From positions 5,332,001-5,396,000 of the forward strand of contig CATOCA020000001.1 of assembly GCA_951406725.2 (NCBI GenBank): a stretch of 64,000 nucleotides of DNA, in the 5' to 3' direction. Made by a program: the position numbers and the translations under genes. The stretch comes from Octopus vulgaris. Taxonomy: Eukaryota. A model generated the notes under the pieces. The model worked only from the letters and a program-made list of their open reading frames with translations. It did no database searches and was not told the origin of the DNA. Below are positions 39,552-53,279 of the stretch, one piece after another (the first letter of the stretch is position 1; every line of letters begins with the position of its first letter).

Positions 39552-39983
39552 GAATGTATATGTGAGCGTGTATCTACATGTATGTGAATACATGCACAAG
39601 GGTACGAGGCGAAACATTCAAACACACACATATATATAAATATATATAGGTATATAAATACATATATATATATTCATACGCGTTTAGATATATACACACG
39701 CATATATAAATGTGTATTCTTTTTCTTTAATTCTGTTACTTGTTGAAGTCATTTGCTACGCCCATGATGGAGCACCATATCAAAACCCTTTAAGCCTAAT
39801 AAATTGACATCAGGGCTTATTCTTTGTAAGCCAAGTACTTATTTTATTGGCCTCTTTTGCCGAACCGCAATGTTAAGGAGGGGGCGTGAAAACCTGCTGT
39901 CAAGATATGAAAGGGTAACAAACATAGTCGCAAAGACAGAAACACACATACACAAACAAACAAACTCACACACACTTATGCAT

Positions 39984-40043
<60 letters not shown>

Positions 40044-40460
40044 CGAACTTCTTTCGGTTTTTTCGTCTACCAAATCCACTCGTACGGTTTTGGTCAGCCC
40101 GAAGCTATAATAGAAGACACTTTCCCAAATTGCCATGCAGTGAAACTGAACCTGGAACTATCTGCTTGCGAACCATCTATCTTACCACATAGCCACGCCT
40201 ATGCATGTGTGTTGATGTATAAGTCTATATACAGGATGAACAAGACAAACAAATATTTAAATAATAATTCTGACGTGCATATAACAACGTTATGGTTGCT
40301 TGGAACCAAATGCTCACCGACATATGATAGTCAGGAACAACATTATTCTATTAAGTTGCATAGTTATAGAAAGATAGAGAGAGAGGGAAAAATAAATCAT
40401 ATATATATGTGTGTGTGTATATAAATGTTAACTCTTAAAAGAAATGTAATAAAAATTGGT
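38090..40460. repeat. Three direct copies of a ~400 bp block (antisense SINE piece plus unique sequence) separated by SINE tails and CA/TA microsatellites
   Basis: ggaaccaaatgctcaccgac...gcatagttatagaaagatagagagagagggaaaaataaatc recurs near 38347, 39079 and 40302. Confidence 0.85.
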
Positions 40461-40464
40461 TTAC

Positions 40465-40690
40465 CTTTATAACGCCGACTCCAAATATTACTTCAGTTTC
40501 AAATTTTATACAGAAATTAAAAGTTTTATCCACTTATCTGAATATTCTATTGCCTCATATAAATTTTTTGTCTCACCGTTCCAGCTGCTATCCGATAAGC
40601 ATACTGAATGAAATATCCTGTTGTAATAATTCTCATATTTTTTTAAACGAGAGTGGCAGTATTTTCCCTTGATGTACGTGATTGGCTGAA
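40465..40690 (-). promoter_or_regulatory. Candidate promoter and non-coding first exon of the LRR gene
   Basis: Minus strand: agCCAATca box at 40685-40681, Inr-like TCAGT at 40607-40603, donor AAG|GTAAAC at 40465/40464. The LRRNT exon has an acceptor, so an upstream exon is needed. Confidence 0.35.
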
Positions 40691-41986
40691 ATTCTTTAAT
40701 ATCCGGAAAATAAATCCATTTTCCAGCTAGTCACCATTCCTACACGTCAAGTGTTGAAATGGTCGCTGTGTAACATGAGATGAAGTATCTTCTGCGCACA
40801 ATACACATCTCGGTCCTGTATTTGAAATCACGACCTTGTTCCCTAATCACGATTTCATGTGTCCTCGACTTCAATTATATTACCAAAACTTTATTTTTCA
40901 TATGTCCTGGCAACACCCAGAGAATATTCTTATCTACTTGAAGGTTTTCTAAAACAAACGCCATTGTTTTTATCGATTATTGGAATGGCGATATCTGCTC
41001 AAAGACACGACCTCATCTCTCTAGTTACTAAAATGCAAACCCGACGAATTTTCCTCGTTTCACAGAATATATTTCAGTTGGTTGTAAAGTATTCTTGTTG
41101 TTCACTGATGACAAGACGAAGATCAGAGGCGTTTCGGTCATGATCATCCCGTCGATTTATTTACATCGTAATGTGTGTTCTATTCTTTCCGTGGTTAAGA
41201 CGGTAGGGTGTGAGACAATGGAATATCATTGTCTCAAATGCTTACGATAGGGCTGATAGCGCAAATGTTCAAGTAATGGGCATTCATTAGTCCTGAAACC
41301 TACATCTACAATCATTATTGTAAGATATCACATGATGTAATTGTTAATTTTCATAGATCTCTCCGACATATAAGTCTGACCTTACTATCAAGATGAACAA
41401 TCAATTTATTAAATGGCATCTAGGCCTGAATTATTCTGCTACTAGCAGAAGAATGAAAGGGATATTCTACGTGGTTTACTCTCCATGTGTCTTTAGGCTA
41501 AAACTTTATACTTTTGATATCTTCATTATTAATTACCAGAAAAAAGAAAAACATGAATGCAATTATCGCCAGCGGCAGGCAATTCTGCATCAGAAGTAAA
41601 TACTTTGAAAATGATGTGGTAAAAATTTGAAAAGTTTCAAGTGGTTGTAAGGAACTTAACAAGATACCGATCGGCCAAATTACTGGGACCCAAAAAATCG
41701 GAACCTGTTCCCAAGCGGTCATAGTGGATAAACTGAAACACATACACATATACATACACACGCTCACATATACATAGATATATACATATATGTAAAAAAA
41801 AAAAATATATATATACATAAGTGTGTGTGTGTGTGTGTGTATATATAACAAAGTAAGTTTGGGACTACTAATAAATATATATAATTGAAATATAGGATAA
41901 AATTTTTACGAGGATTTATCAAGTAGTTATTGTGAAAAACCTCAGAAGGGATAACTTATTAATTATTCCCTATGAATAAATTTATA

Positions 41987-42327
41987 TATATTAAGGGCAT
42001 TACTATACATAAATGCCTCACGCTAGGAGGGTCTCTTGAAGTCAAAACTACTATAATGCCCACATTGTACAAACCGCGAGGGAATGCAACTCTCAAAGCG
42101 AGCCTCCAGAAACAGACTTAGCTGAATATGATTTCGTAATTAGTGCAGAAAATGCACTTTTCACTCATCGGCGCAACCTTAGTCAAGACATAAAAATTAT
42201 CAAAAATCAATTTACCAGACGAACACATGTATTCTTGCGTTTGATACAATGTGGTTATTATAGTAGTGTTGACTTCAAGAGTCCCCCTTAGCGCGAGGCA
42301 TTTCTATATAGTAATGCCCTTAATATA
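41987..42327. repeat. MITE-like foldback with ~95-bp imperfect inverted arms
   Basis: tatattaagggcattactata...ctcttgaagtcaaaactactataat (41987-42081) is the reverse complement of attatagtagtgttgacttcaagag...tatagtaatgcccttaatata (42234-42327). Confidence 0.85.
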
Positions 42328-43254
42328 AATATATACATGTATATATATATATATATATAGACGTGCGTATGTATATGTGTTTATATATATACATACATAT
42401 TCATATATATTATTTTCTACTTTAAATAAAGGTGTTCACTATATATAGAAACACTTCGAAGTGCTGAAGAGATTAGAACTTGAGACTTTAGATATGTAAA
42501 GAAACGACAAGCAAATTAGATATTTATTTACATTTACATATATGAAGATACATTGAATCGAAAACAAAAAGGTAAATGTGTATGGATATTAAGAAGACAT
42601 AGCCTAATTTTCAGATAAAACAGTATCACAAAGAGAATAGGTAGAGTTTTAAGTGTTCTACGGCCGTTTCAGGGATCTTTGTGGTCCTGATATATGACAT
42701 ATATCAGGGTCCATTGTTGGATAATATCACCTCTCCAGGGGAAGAATTTTATATTAAAAATTTCGCATTTAAAATGTTGACATGACAGAGGGTAAAGACT
42801 GATTGATTTTATAGAGGGCTACATTTATTAGGAAGGGGAGTTAGGGATGTTTAGACAGAGAATAGTTGCAGGATGGAGAAAATAGATTTCAAGATCATAA
42901 GACCACTGATGGTATTAAAGGTGAGAGTGGTAGAAAGTGGATTAGTTTATGTCTAAGTTAAATTAGTGAAAAAAGGATGGACTTAAGCGGTTCGATATCA
43001 GATAAGGGTTTGGGAGGGAGGTTATAAGTTCTATTCTAGGCTTTCCATCCGACTCATTTGCCTCAGAAAATCCGATTTGGGTCGAGTTAGTTAATGCATT
43101 ATTGACCGTATTATACACCGTGTCAGGAACAACGTTGAGCTCCCGCTATGGAATTGCACTTGAGATGTTATTTTTGGTTTCCCTCTTTCCACCATAAACG
43201 CACGAATTTCCTTCAGTTTGACATGTCAAATTATTGCAATATTTACAATGGACA

Positions 43255-43460
43255 GGGCGCCGAGTAGGCAGAAACGTTTGCACGCAGGGCAAAATGCTTA
43301 GCGTTCTGTTTTTACATTCTGAGTTCAAAATTCCGCCGATTTCGACTTTACCTTTCATCCTTTCGGGTTTGAAACATTAAGTACCCGTTGCATAGTGGGG
43401 TCGATCTAATAAACTGGGCCCTACCCCAAAATTTCGGGCTTTGTGACTAGAGTAGAAAAG
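43255..43460 (+). mobile_element. tRNA-derived SINE
   Basis: ggcgccgagtaggcagaaacg...ttctgagttcaaaattccgccg...cctttcatcctttcggg; same family as 43764. Confidence 0.7.
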
Positions 43461-43763
43461 AATATTTACAATCGACGGACAGGTGTCCTCATCTTGTTAG
43501 TTGTTACTACAACGTTTCGGCTGAGGTATTCTCCAGCCTTCTTCAGATGTCCTCTTAACAATAAAGTGTAGACATCTACCCGTCCAATTCAAATATCATA
43601 CATAATTCCTCAAATCTAAATGATAAAACTGTATCAAATGATTACCCGTCAATATCACAAATACTTTTGGATAAAACCTTAATATTTGCCCGAAATTATG
43701 CTACCATATTATCATTATTACTTGCCAATAGGGCCGGCATATCGGAGAAGATACAGTAGACAA

Positions 43764-43995
43764 GGCGGTGAGAGCTGGCAGAATCTTCAGTACGCCGAGC
43801 GAAATGCTTAGCGGTATTTCTTCTGCCGTTACCTTCTGAGTTCAAATTACCCCGAGGTCGACTTTGCCTTTCAGCCTTTCGGGGTCGATTAAAGAAGTAC
43901 CAGTTACGCACTGTGATCGATATAAACAACTTAATCCGTTTGTCTGTCCTTGTTTGTCCTCTCTGTGTTTAGCCCCTTGTGGGTAGTAAAGAAAC
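43764..43995 (+). mobile_element. tRNA-derived SINE (paralogous copies at ~56633 and ~59764)
   Basis: A-box-like gagctggcagaat, B-box-like gagttcaaatt, shared body and tail. Confidence 0.75.
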
Positions 43996-44039
43996 AGGAT
44001 ACAGTAGACATGGACAGTGGAGATTTAACGCTGAGACAA

Positions 44040-45070
44040 CGAGTACACAGTTAAAAGAATAACAATGATATCCGACAAAAAATATAACTATGAAAGTTCG
44101 TAATAGGTGCAGGTAATCCCCTGGAGTTGGCTCAGGTACCCACACCCCAATCCTGAACCACTCGACGCTTCGAGGGCATCTGGTAAGAGCACTCTCCTCC
44201 CTCTCAAATTCACTAGCCCAAAGGCGTGTTATTAGAGTAGGTCCAACTCACACGTACCATTTTCTCTGTTCATCCACCTTTTGGCAAACGTACTGGGACG
44301 CAGCACTTCACTCTGCACCCTCATCTTCCTTTCCAAAGGAAATTTGAAAAAGTTGACCCGTGATTGGCCGTAGAGAAAAGTCTCTGTCTTTAGTCCGTTT
44401 AACCTGGTCCACAATACAGCTTCTTTCGCTACTGCTATTAGACATAAGTAAATTGCCTGAAATTCCGGACTGATGGAAAGCGGCTGAGCGATCTTCACTA
44501 CGGACTCGGCCGATAGATAGAAACTACCTTAATAACACTTTCAACATAACTCCACAAGTCAGTAATGCAAAGACACTGGACGAGTGCGTGCAGAACGCTT
44601 TCATCGCTCTGTGCACAATCGGGTAGGTCGGTCAGACAGCGCTTCCGTGCTTGTAGAGTTTATCTCGATCCGTCAGTGCCCCCCGATAGCACTGCAAAGC
44701 AAGGGACTTCTAGAAGTTATCCATTATCCCCGTCTTGAAAGTCCTCCTCAACAGACTGGTTAGTTCAATTTTGTCAACACCTAGCGTCTCTCCAAGTGCT
44801 TCATCGCACTTTCCCTCCACTAACCCTCCATAGAACTTCAGAGTGGATTTTCCACTGATCGCATCGTCCACCTGCTAGAGGACAGTGAGTGGCTAGCAAC
44901 ATTCCAGATGCCAGTCACCCTTCCTCGGTCTCTTCTTGACCCACGACTGCAGCTTCCTCAAGGAGATGAGTTGTGGAAAAGCCTGTTTGACAAACGATGA
45001 CCACACCTGTTCACCATTTACGCAGAATGTTTGGAGGTGCCGCAGCCCCAGTGCATGTCTTCCACAGTGT
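44040..45070 (-). mobile_element. 3' portion of a Tx1/L1-like non-LTR retrotransposon (copies at ~56910-57536 and ~60030-61090)
   Basis: Minus-strand translation includes HALGLRHLQTFCVNGEQVWSSFVKQAFPQL, a CAQSDESVLHALVQC zinc-finger-like segment, and AKEAVLWTR...RKMRV...FAKRW; degenerate. Confidence 0.65.
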
Positions 45071-45926
45071 TCCGGAAATCGGAAAGCGAAAGCACAAAAA
45101 CGAAAATGGGAAAAAGGAAAAGTAAAAACAGCATTTAAGTGTTCTCCTCGTTAGACCTTGAATTATAAGGCTAAAAATATATCAAAAATTTAATCAAGAA
45201 TAGACGGAATTTTTCAGTTCTTCAAAATATATTTATACTTGACAACGACTGAAAATTCCCGACTTAGAGTCCAATAGAGAATTAAGCATCTTAGATCTGA
45301 ACAGGATATGCACTCTTTCAGCTAAACAATGTTTATATTTATTCGATCCATTCACATAAGTTATGGATTCTCAATTACTTCCCATCCAGTCACAAGTGGT
45401 GTTTCGTTTTCTTCCAAACTTAGCCACTTTCGTAGCTTTACTTTTGGCCTATGTCGGAAGGGGATTATGTGATTGGCATAACGACTTTGAAATTCACCTT
45501 TAAATAAGCAAAAGAATAAAAGAATAAAAGATTTGTGTGTGTGTGTGTGTACATGCATACAAAAATACACCCACATACACACGGATATGTGCATAAGCGC
45601 GCACACACACACACACACTCATAGGCGTATGGATTATTGTTTCGGTAAGTTGTGTCCACGAGAAAGACACTTCCAGTGCTCTCATCTGAAAAGCACCAGC
45701 ATTAACCAGGGGTTAACATTGCGACAGACTGGTATCCGGTGTGTTGTATCCTTGTGTGTTGAAATACGTTCGATACCGAGATATACTGGGGGCCTAATGA
45801 GCCTGTAGATCAGGCAGAGAATTTAGCTTAGAAAATACTTTAATGTAGACATTTAGGCATGCGCAGTCAAGTGTTTGTGTAACGTTTATGGAGGAAAAGT
45901 CGATATGAATATGACAAAAAAAGAAA

Positions 45927-46010
45927 CACCGTATTTTCCGGTATATAAGCCGCTATTTTTTACCTGGGAAATTTAGTGTGCCGCTTAGAGAAAGGTGCGC
46001 CTAATGTGTG
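45927..46010 (+). mobile_element. Possible Tc1/mariner-pogo class transposon end (copy at ~61936)
   Basis: caccgtattttccggtatataagccgc resembles TACCGTATTTTCCGG-type TIRs; no partner TIR found. Confidence 0.35.
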
Positions 46011-47157
46011 TAACTTTTTTTATAGTTCCAGGAGGAAAATAATTTGTGTATGGAGATCGAATGATTCCACTGATTTTTTTGGAGGAAAGATCGGTCGATG
46101 AAAGACTATTGCTACAGGACATTTGTGCCTGGAAGAATACAAAGCACATTTGTTTTGTTTTACCTTCAAGTTTTGATAAGGTTTTTTTTATCCAATAAAG
46201 AATTTAATATTGACGGAATGTGTTTGTTGCTGATTATAGTAAGATAAAATAAAAAAATCAACAATACATCTCAAAGTTGAAGAATAAAACATTTTGAAAA
46301 TACATACACATCAACAACAACAAAGCTAGCAGCGGACCCGTGGTTCCATAAGTCTTTATAAAACACCGGTAGGCTTTATGTGTGGATAAAAACCAAAATT
46401 TTCCCCCAAATCCCAAGCTAAACTTCACAATACAATAATACAAACATCAATAAGCCACCTCAATTGTATAATACTAATCTTAAGCCAACATTCTACAACC
46501 CTCTCTACGAGACGACAAATATTAGTTCCATTACAACCTCTCAATCCGATACTAATATAAATCCTAATTTAGATTCTCCCCACTAACAACAAACCAACCA
46601 ACATCAACATTACTAATAGTAAACCCCAACCACTTGCAACTGTCGCGCTTCTGAAATATATGGTATGCAGACACCTGTCTCCTCAAAAGCGTAATCTATA
46701 AGTGCCACGTGATTACCCCATGCACCCACCAGGCAAGGGTGTATATTAATGGCACTGAGGATTTTCAATGTCGTTGTCGTGCTCATATGTATTCTTTCAC
46801 TAATCCCGAATCTAAACTATTTCAATCTTTAGCAACACACATATACAACCTCAATTCAAAACAATGTCCAATACGCTCTATCGTGGTCCATAGTATGTGA
46901 AGCTCCCCTCTACAACACAAATATAGGTAAATGTATGTTATGTATAAAAGGGTCATTAACTATTCTTCGCCTCCACAACACCTCACTGTTAAATTCTCTG
47001 ACGTTATTTTTTATCGTAAGCATAAATACTGCCCGACATTCATGCACTTCCCTAATTCCAAATAAATAAAGCTGTAATGTAAAACAAGTGTCAACCTGAC
47101 AATCGACAAGTGAACACATTCCAAATAGCAAATATGTGTGTGTGTGTCTATGTATAC

Positions 47158-47328
<171 letters not shown>

Positions 47329-48288
47329 CATATGCAATACATATGAAATATCCAAAATTGCATTTACAAATACATAATATATACATACAAGCTCTTACAT
47401 ACATACATGCAAACACACACACATATACGCACAATATATATACATATAAACTCCTACATTAATACACAGTATTAAAAACATTAAGTAGTCAGCATATATA
47501 TATAGATACCTACAGAAATATAAATATATATAACACGCATCCCAAATTTATTCCAAGTATTATGATCAATCGATTTTTCATCCTCCTCTCAGCCTCCTAA
47601 ATCTCTCCAACACACATCACAAATTTCTTCAAATTTTGCTTTTCAACCGTCTCTACTCTCATTTGACCCTTCTCGGCTTCAAACAATAATTAACAAAAGT
47701 CAAATACTAAGAAAAATACCGACACGATTTTTTGTACTACTAACATTCTTAACCACTCCCTCGTACCTGAAAAGTGTCCTTAAAAAATACCCCACGTAAT
47801 TTGAGATGGAATTGCTTTTTCATTATTGTACCAGCTAGAAGGGGATACTCCTTCAACATTCAGATGAATTACTTATTTACTCACATCGTTTAAAATTAAT
47901 CATACGTTATCTTCTAGCTTTGAGATTTTGATTATGTGATTGCTTACTTTTAGAATAACTTTGCATGGTGGTTGTGAAAGGGCTAATGTGTTCAGTTTCC
48001 ACAGAAAACAGGAAGAATATTTGGGCCCGACGTGGCCAGTGCCAATGCTAATGGGTTAACTGAAAATTACTGAAGTAAAAATAAAAGCATAAAAAAACAT
48101 TTTAGGTAATTTGGGGACCCAAATTTATGATGTCTTAAGAGTGGAGAACCTTTTTATCCCATCCTTAATGCCGTTGAGGAGACTGGACAATGGCCAATAG
48201 AAGGCCGATATAATATAATGAAAATCGTAACTTACCAATAAAGTGCTGTTAGTCTCTATTCGTAAGAGGTAGTGAATGATTATATATA

Positions 48289-48324
<36 letters not shown>

Positions 48325-48393
48325 CGCATATATATATTGCGTCATTTGTTTATTTACCATACATTTTTTCATTGAAGTAGCACACAATTATGC

Positions 48394-48427
<34 letters not shown>

Positions 48428-48593
48428 ATGTAAATATAGATTAGCGTCTTTATTTCTCATTATATGAATCCGATATGAAAAGTTTGCGTCAGCAGTCAAA
48501 GATGGGCGTTGACAGTGAAAGAGTGTAAATGAGAGAGGGAAAGAAAGTGATAGAAGAGAGAGAGAGAGAGGGAGGGAGAACGAAGAAAAAGAG

Positions 48594-48633
<40 letters not shown>

Positions 48634-49011
48634 TGTGATGCTATTAGCTACATAACCATGTACTAAGAATTTGGTGAGATTGATACATTTTAATTCCCTT
48701 CACTTACTCACTATACACCCCATCTTCCCCGATATTAGCATTCCAGCAGAAATGGAGAAATGAAAATTATGTCACTGTCTGGTGTTGCATGTGTGTATGT
48801 ATGTGTGTGTGTGTATATGCGTAACTGCATGAGACTGTTTACATCCGCGTAACTGAAATTAACTTGAAATAATCTAAGTACTATTTTACAAATTGTGATA
48901 TCTGTGTGTGTGTGTGTGTGTATATATGTATATATATATATATATATATATAAACACGCACACACAGTTATCAGAATTATATAAACGTATATATTCATGT
49001 ATTTGTATATG

Positions 49012-49093
<82 letters not shown>

Positions 49094-49267
49094 GGTGAAT
49101 GAATTATTCTAGCATGGAAAATTCGTTTAACCGATACCTGGGTAGCAAATTCACGACGGAAAACACAGTTGAAGTGACCTATCAAGGGTAGAAGCTCCAG
49201 GTTCTTGTGTGCAAATTTGTGTTATTTATATAAATAAATGAAAGAATGGAGTCGAACGAGGTTTTTA

Positions 49268-49350
49268 CTGTCGACACATGTTTCGAAGACGGCATAATTT
49301 TAATTCCGAAGGAATAAATGGTGCATTATGCCATCTTCTCATCAGGAAAG
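49268..49350 (-). ncRNA. Type I hammerhead ribozyme-like motif, probably Penelope-associated
   Basis: Minus strand: cuuuc CUGAUGA gaagauggcauaau ... auuaugccgucuuc GAAA caugu GUC gacag. Intact core, 14-bp stem II, minimal palindromic stem III, stem I with 4 of 5 pairs. Confidence 0.7.
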
Positions 49351-49714
49351 ATTAAGAGCCTCTTTCAGCCACAAGACGAACAAAATTTTTGATGATTGCC
49401 TACATGGTGACCACAGTGACAATGAGTATTTTTTTAAATAATCCGTTATAAGCAATGACTTCAAAAATGGGTAGAAGGAGGGAGTAGTAAAAATAGGTAG
49501 GGGACAATATGTATGCTGTATGTATGATGATGTGCGGGTGTGTGCTTGTGTTAATGATTGCGAGTGATTGTGTATGTGTATGAGTGTGTATATAACTGCA
49601 TTTGTGTCTGTGTGTGTATGTGTTATTGTGTGTGTGAGGTAGATAAACGTCAAATACACTTAGTAGGAAGGTGTGAAATTTGTGTCTGTGTGTTTGATCG
49701 TGCGTGTTATAGAG

Positions 49715-49773
<59 letters not shown>

Positions 49774-50415
49774 CGTCAAAGAAATTTAGTAGCTATGGAA
49801 CATAAAATCGTTTAAAAGCGACATTAACCGGAAATGATTAAAATATTGTTATACGATCAGACGACAGATTTTTCATGTTTTAGAATCGATCTCACTTTTG
49901 CTCGATAACTATTGATCATCGATCTCTTCCCAAATACAATGTCAAAAGCCAACATTAAAATGAAGTACATTTCTAAATTCATTGTTAGACCCTCCAGTGT
50001 TCACATTGTCATCCACCATTCTCTTCCTGAAGAATCTCTGAAGATTAAGCTGGATGTGCTAGAAATAGCAGCCAAATATTTCCTGTGAGCAGACGATAGA
50101 TTCATTTAACGATAGTGTCACTTCAGAAAATCAAGTTATCAATAACGATAATAATTTAAATGGTATATATAATGATTGACATGGAAGCAAACGATACAAA
50201 TTCATTTAACAATAGTTCGTTTCAGAAAATTACGTTTGTGAAATAAAGTATATGATAGAGAAATTATAACAATTCTGAAGAGGAATTAAAGGTTTTAGCA
50301 GCTTTAAAGTTATGGGAAAAGAATTTTCGTTATCAAAGTAACAATATTTTATACGAAAGAAGGATGACAGGCGAGGATTTTGTGGTGTGAAGGATCTTCA
50401 ATTGTATATGTCCTG

Positions 50416-50456
<41 letters not shown>

Positions 50457-50530
50457 TGCCTGTGTGTGTGTTATGCACTGAGATATATAACGATTATAAT
50501 AATGGACACAATTATATTCCAAACTTCTAT

Positions 50531-50945
50531 AGGCGCGGGAGTGGCTGTGTGGTAAGTAGTTTGCTTACCAACCACATTGTTCCGGGTTCAGTCCCACTGC
50601 GTGGCACCTAGGGCTAGTGTCTCCTTCTATAGCCTCGGGCCGACTAAAGCCTTATGAGTGGATTTAGTAGACGGAAACTGAAAGAAGCCCGTTGTATATA
50701 TGCATATATATATATATTTCTATGTGTGTGTTTGTGTGTCAGTGTTTGTCCCGCCTTCCCCCCAACATCGCTTGACAACCGATGCTGGTGTGTTTATGTA
50801 CCTGTAAGTTAGTGGTTCGTCAAAAGAGACCGATAGAATAAGTACTAGGCTTACATGAATAAGTTCTTGGGTCGATTTACTCGACAAAAGGCGGTGCTCC
50901 AGCACGGCCACATTCAAATCACTGAAAGAAGTAAAAGAGTAAAAA
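50531..50945 (+). mobile_element. tRNA-derived SINE of a second family, with an internal TA/TG microsatellite
   Basis: A box tggctgtgtgg, B box ggttcagtccc; tail gaccgatagaataagtactaggcttac...gaaagaagtaaaagagtaaaa; fragments of this family recur at 38-40 kb, 52.5 kb and 57.5 kb. Confidence 0.8.
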
Positions 50946-51344
50946 AGAGAGAGAGAGAGCTCATCTGTACCCAAACCTTCAATAGTTTGATGTCCTATTT
51001 TCATAGGAGTGAAGGGAAGAGGAGAGGAAAACATGCAGGGGCCTCTAAACTGTTTAACGTATTTGTATCTGAGAAAGTCTCCAGTATTCTTGATGCCTTC
51101 TGCAAAAAGTGAAAGATAAAAAAGGAAATTGAAAAAAAAACTGATTGTCTTCCAGTATCTGTGTGTGTGTCTGTGTGCGTGTGTGTGTGTGTGTGTGTCT
51201 GTGTGTGTGTTTGTGTGTGATGCAATGAGATACATAACCATGCCAATAAGTTTCTTTAATATAAAACTGAAGTGAATATTAATGATAATATTAAATGATA
51301 ATATTAAATGACATAATTTTACTGTGAAGAAGGTTTAGTCTTCA

Positions 51345-52370
51345 ATGTTTTCAGTCTCGTCCACCACTCTACTTCTTTAGCCACCGCGCAGAAGAAACTG
51401 CTTTTCCTTCCCGGCCAAAAGAAGGTGGCGGGGCGATCTTTACAATGAACTCGGCTCGTAGACTGGATGGACGAGTGCATGCAGGACTATTTCATCGCCC
51501 TGCGCACAGCCCCGATATATCCGTCCGACAACACTTTCGTATCTGTAGAGCTTGTCTTGAATGGGCAGAGCTCCTCGGTAGCACTGCCAGGCCAGGGATT
51601 TCTGGAAGTTAAGGACCAGTTAGTTGATTCCCTCCACCAACGCCCAGAATTTACCCCGATTTCGTCGTTGTTCTTTCCCCTCTACTAATCCCCTATAGAA
51701 ATCCAAGGTGGAACTATCAATGCCCGCGTTGCCCGACAGGCAGAAAGCTGTGAGAGCTTGCCGACACTCCAGGTGCCAAGCGCCCTTTCTTGGCAAACGC
51801 TTGACTCAGTACTGTAGCTTCTTCAGTGAGACGAGCCGCAGAATGTCCCGTTTGACAAACAGTCAATCCCCTATTCTCACCGCTAAAGAAACGAAGGAGC
51901 TGTCGCAGTCTCAGCGCATGTCTGCGAATCATTACCAACGGCATGTCCAGTACTCCACTGAGAGGTTGTTGACAGAAGATGGACCGTCTGATGAGCGGAA
52001 CACATCCCTTCTTTAGAAAGCGGAATAACAAACGCTCTAACTTTATCGGGCATGGGACTACATTCAGGCAGTCATAGATGACGGAAGCGATGTACGCATT
52101 CGCCACCTCGACTCGACCCTTCACGAACAGCTTCCTCTGTGCCAATTTCTGGGTGAGATCGACTATCCTGTTCGTAACCTCCCACCCGTTGTTGTCCACC
52201 TCGAGGTCTACAGCAGACCAGACCCCAAGCAGTTTAACCTGTCTTTCCGTCTAGCGCCCTACAAACTGTCGGTTGGTATGGGTCTGCCTCTCCAACTGCC
52301 GATTTGCAGGCCCACCGACTTCTCTTGGACGAGCTTTGCTCCTATCAACGCTTCGTGGACAGTATTATGA
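51345..52370 (-). mobile_element. Tx1/L1-like LINE ORF2 C-terminal fragment (copy at ~58085-59110)
   Basis: KLLGVWS...WEVTNRIVDLTQKLAQRKLFVKGRVEVANAYIASVIY...ERLLFRFL matches the post-RT region of the L1/Tx1 clade; degenerate. Confidence 0.7.
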
Positions 52371-52447
52371 TGACACAGTCCGTGTTAGCTGATACGAACA
52401 TTCCACATCCTAAGACACACATATATACATATATATATATATATATG

Positions 52448-52502
<55 letters not shown>

Positions 52503-52995
52503 TTAGCGGTTCGGCAAAATGGACCGATAGAATAAGTACTGGGCTTACAAATAATAAGTCCCGGGGTCGATTTGCTCGACTAAAGGCGGTGCTCCAGCAT
52601 GGCCGCAATCAAATGACTGAAACAAGTAAAAGAGTTAAAGTGTTTATATATATATATATATGGCATCTGTATTTCTAATTATATTATTTCGGTTTGAAAA
52701 GTTTCAGTCAGCAGATTATGATGATTGGCGGTGGAAGTGGAAGAGTTAAAATGAGAGAGTGGGGAGAGGGAGTGATAGAAGAGAGAGAGGGGAAAGAAGA
52801 AGAGGAGAGTTGATGTGTACGATTTTGAGTGTGCGTGTGTGTGTCTGTGTGTATGATGCAATTAGATACACAACCCTGCCTAAGCTAATATGAAACTGAA
52901 GGGAATATCACATTAACCATTGCATTAAATGACATAATTTTATTGTAAAGAAGTGAGTGAAAAGTTTAGCCGGAAAAAATTCCAATAATAATAAT

Positions 52996-53098
<103 letters not shown>

Positions 53099-53175
53099 GT
53101 AGTAATAATAATAATTATAATAATAATAATAATAGTAATAATAATAATAATACTATTAATAATAATAATAATAAT

Positions 53176-53218
<43 letters not shown>

Positions 53219-53239
53219 TTACTAATAATAATGATAATG

Positions 53240-53271
<32 letters not shown>

Positions 53272-53279
53272 AATAATAT

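Noticed and set aside
50531-50610. tRNA gene
   Set aside because: A and B boxes are present, but there is no full cloverleaf and the sequence runs into a SINE body; it is a SINE head
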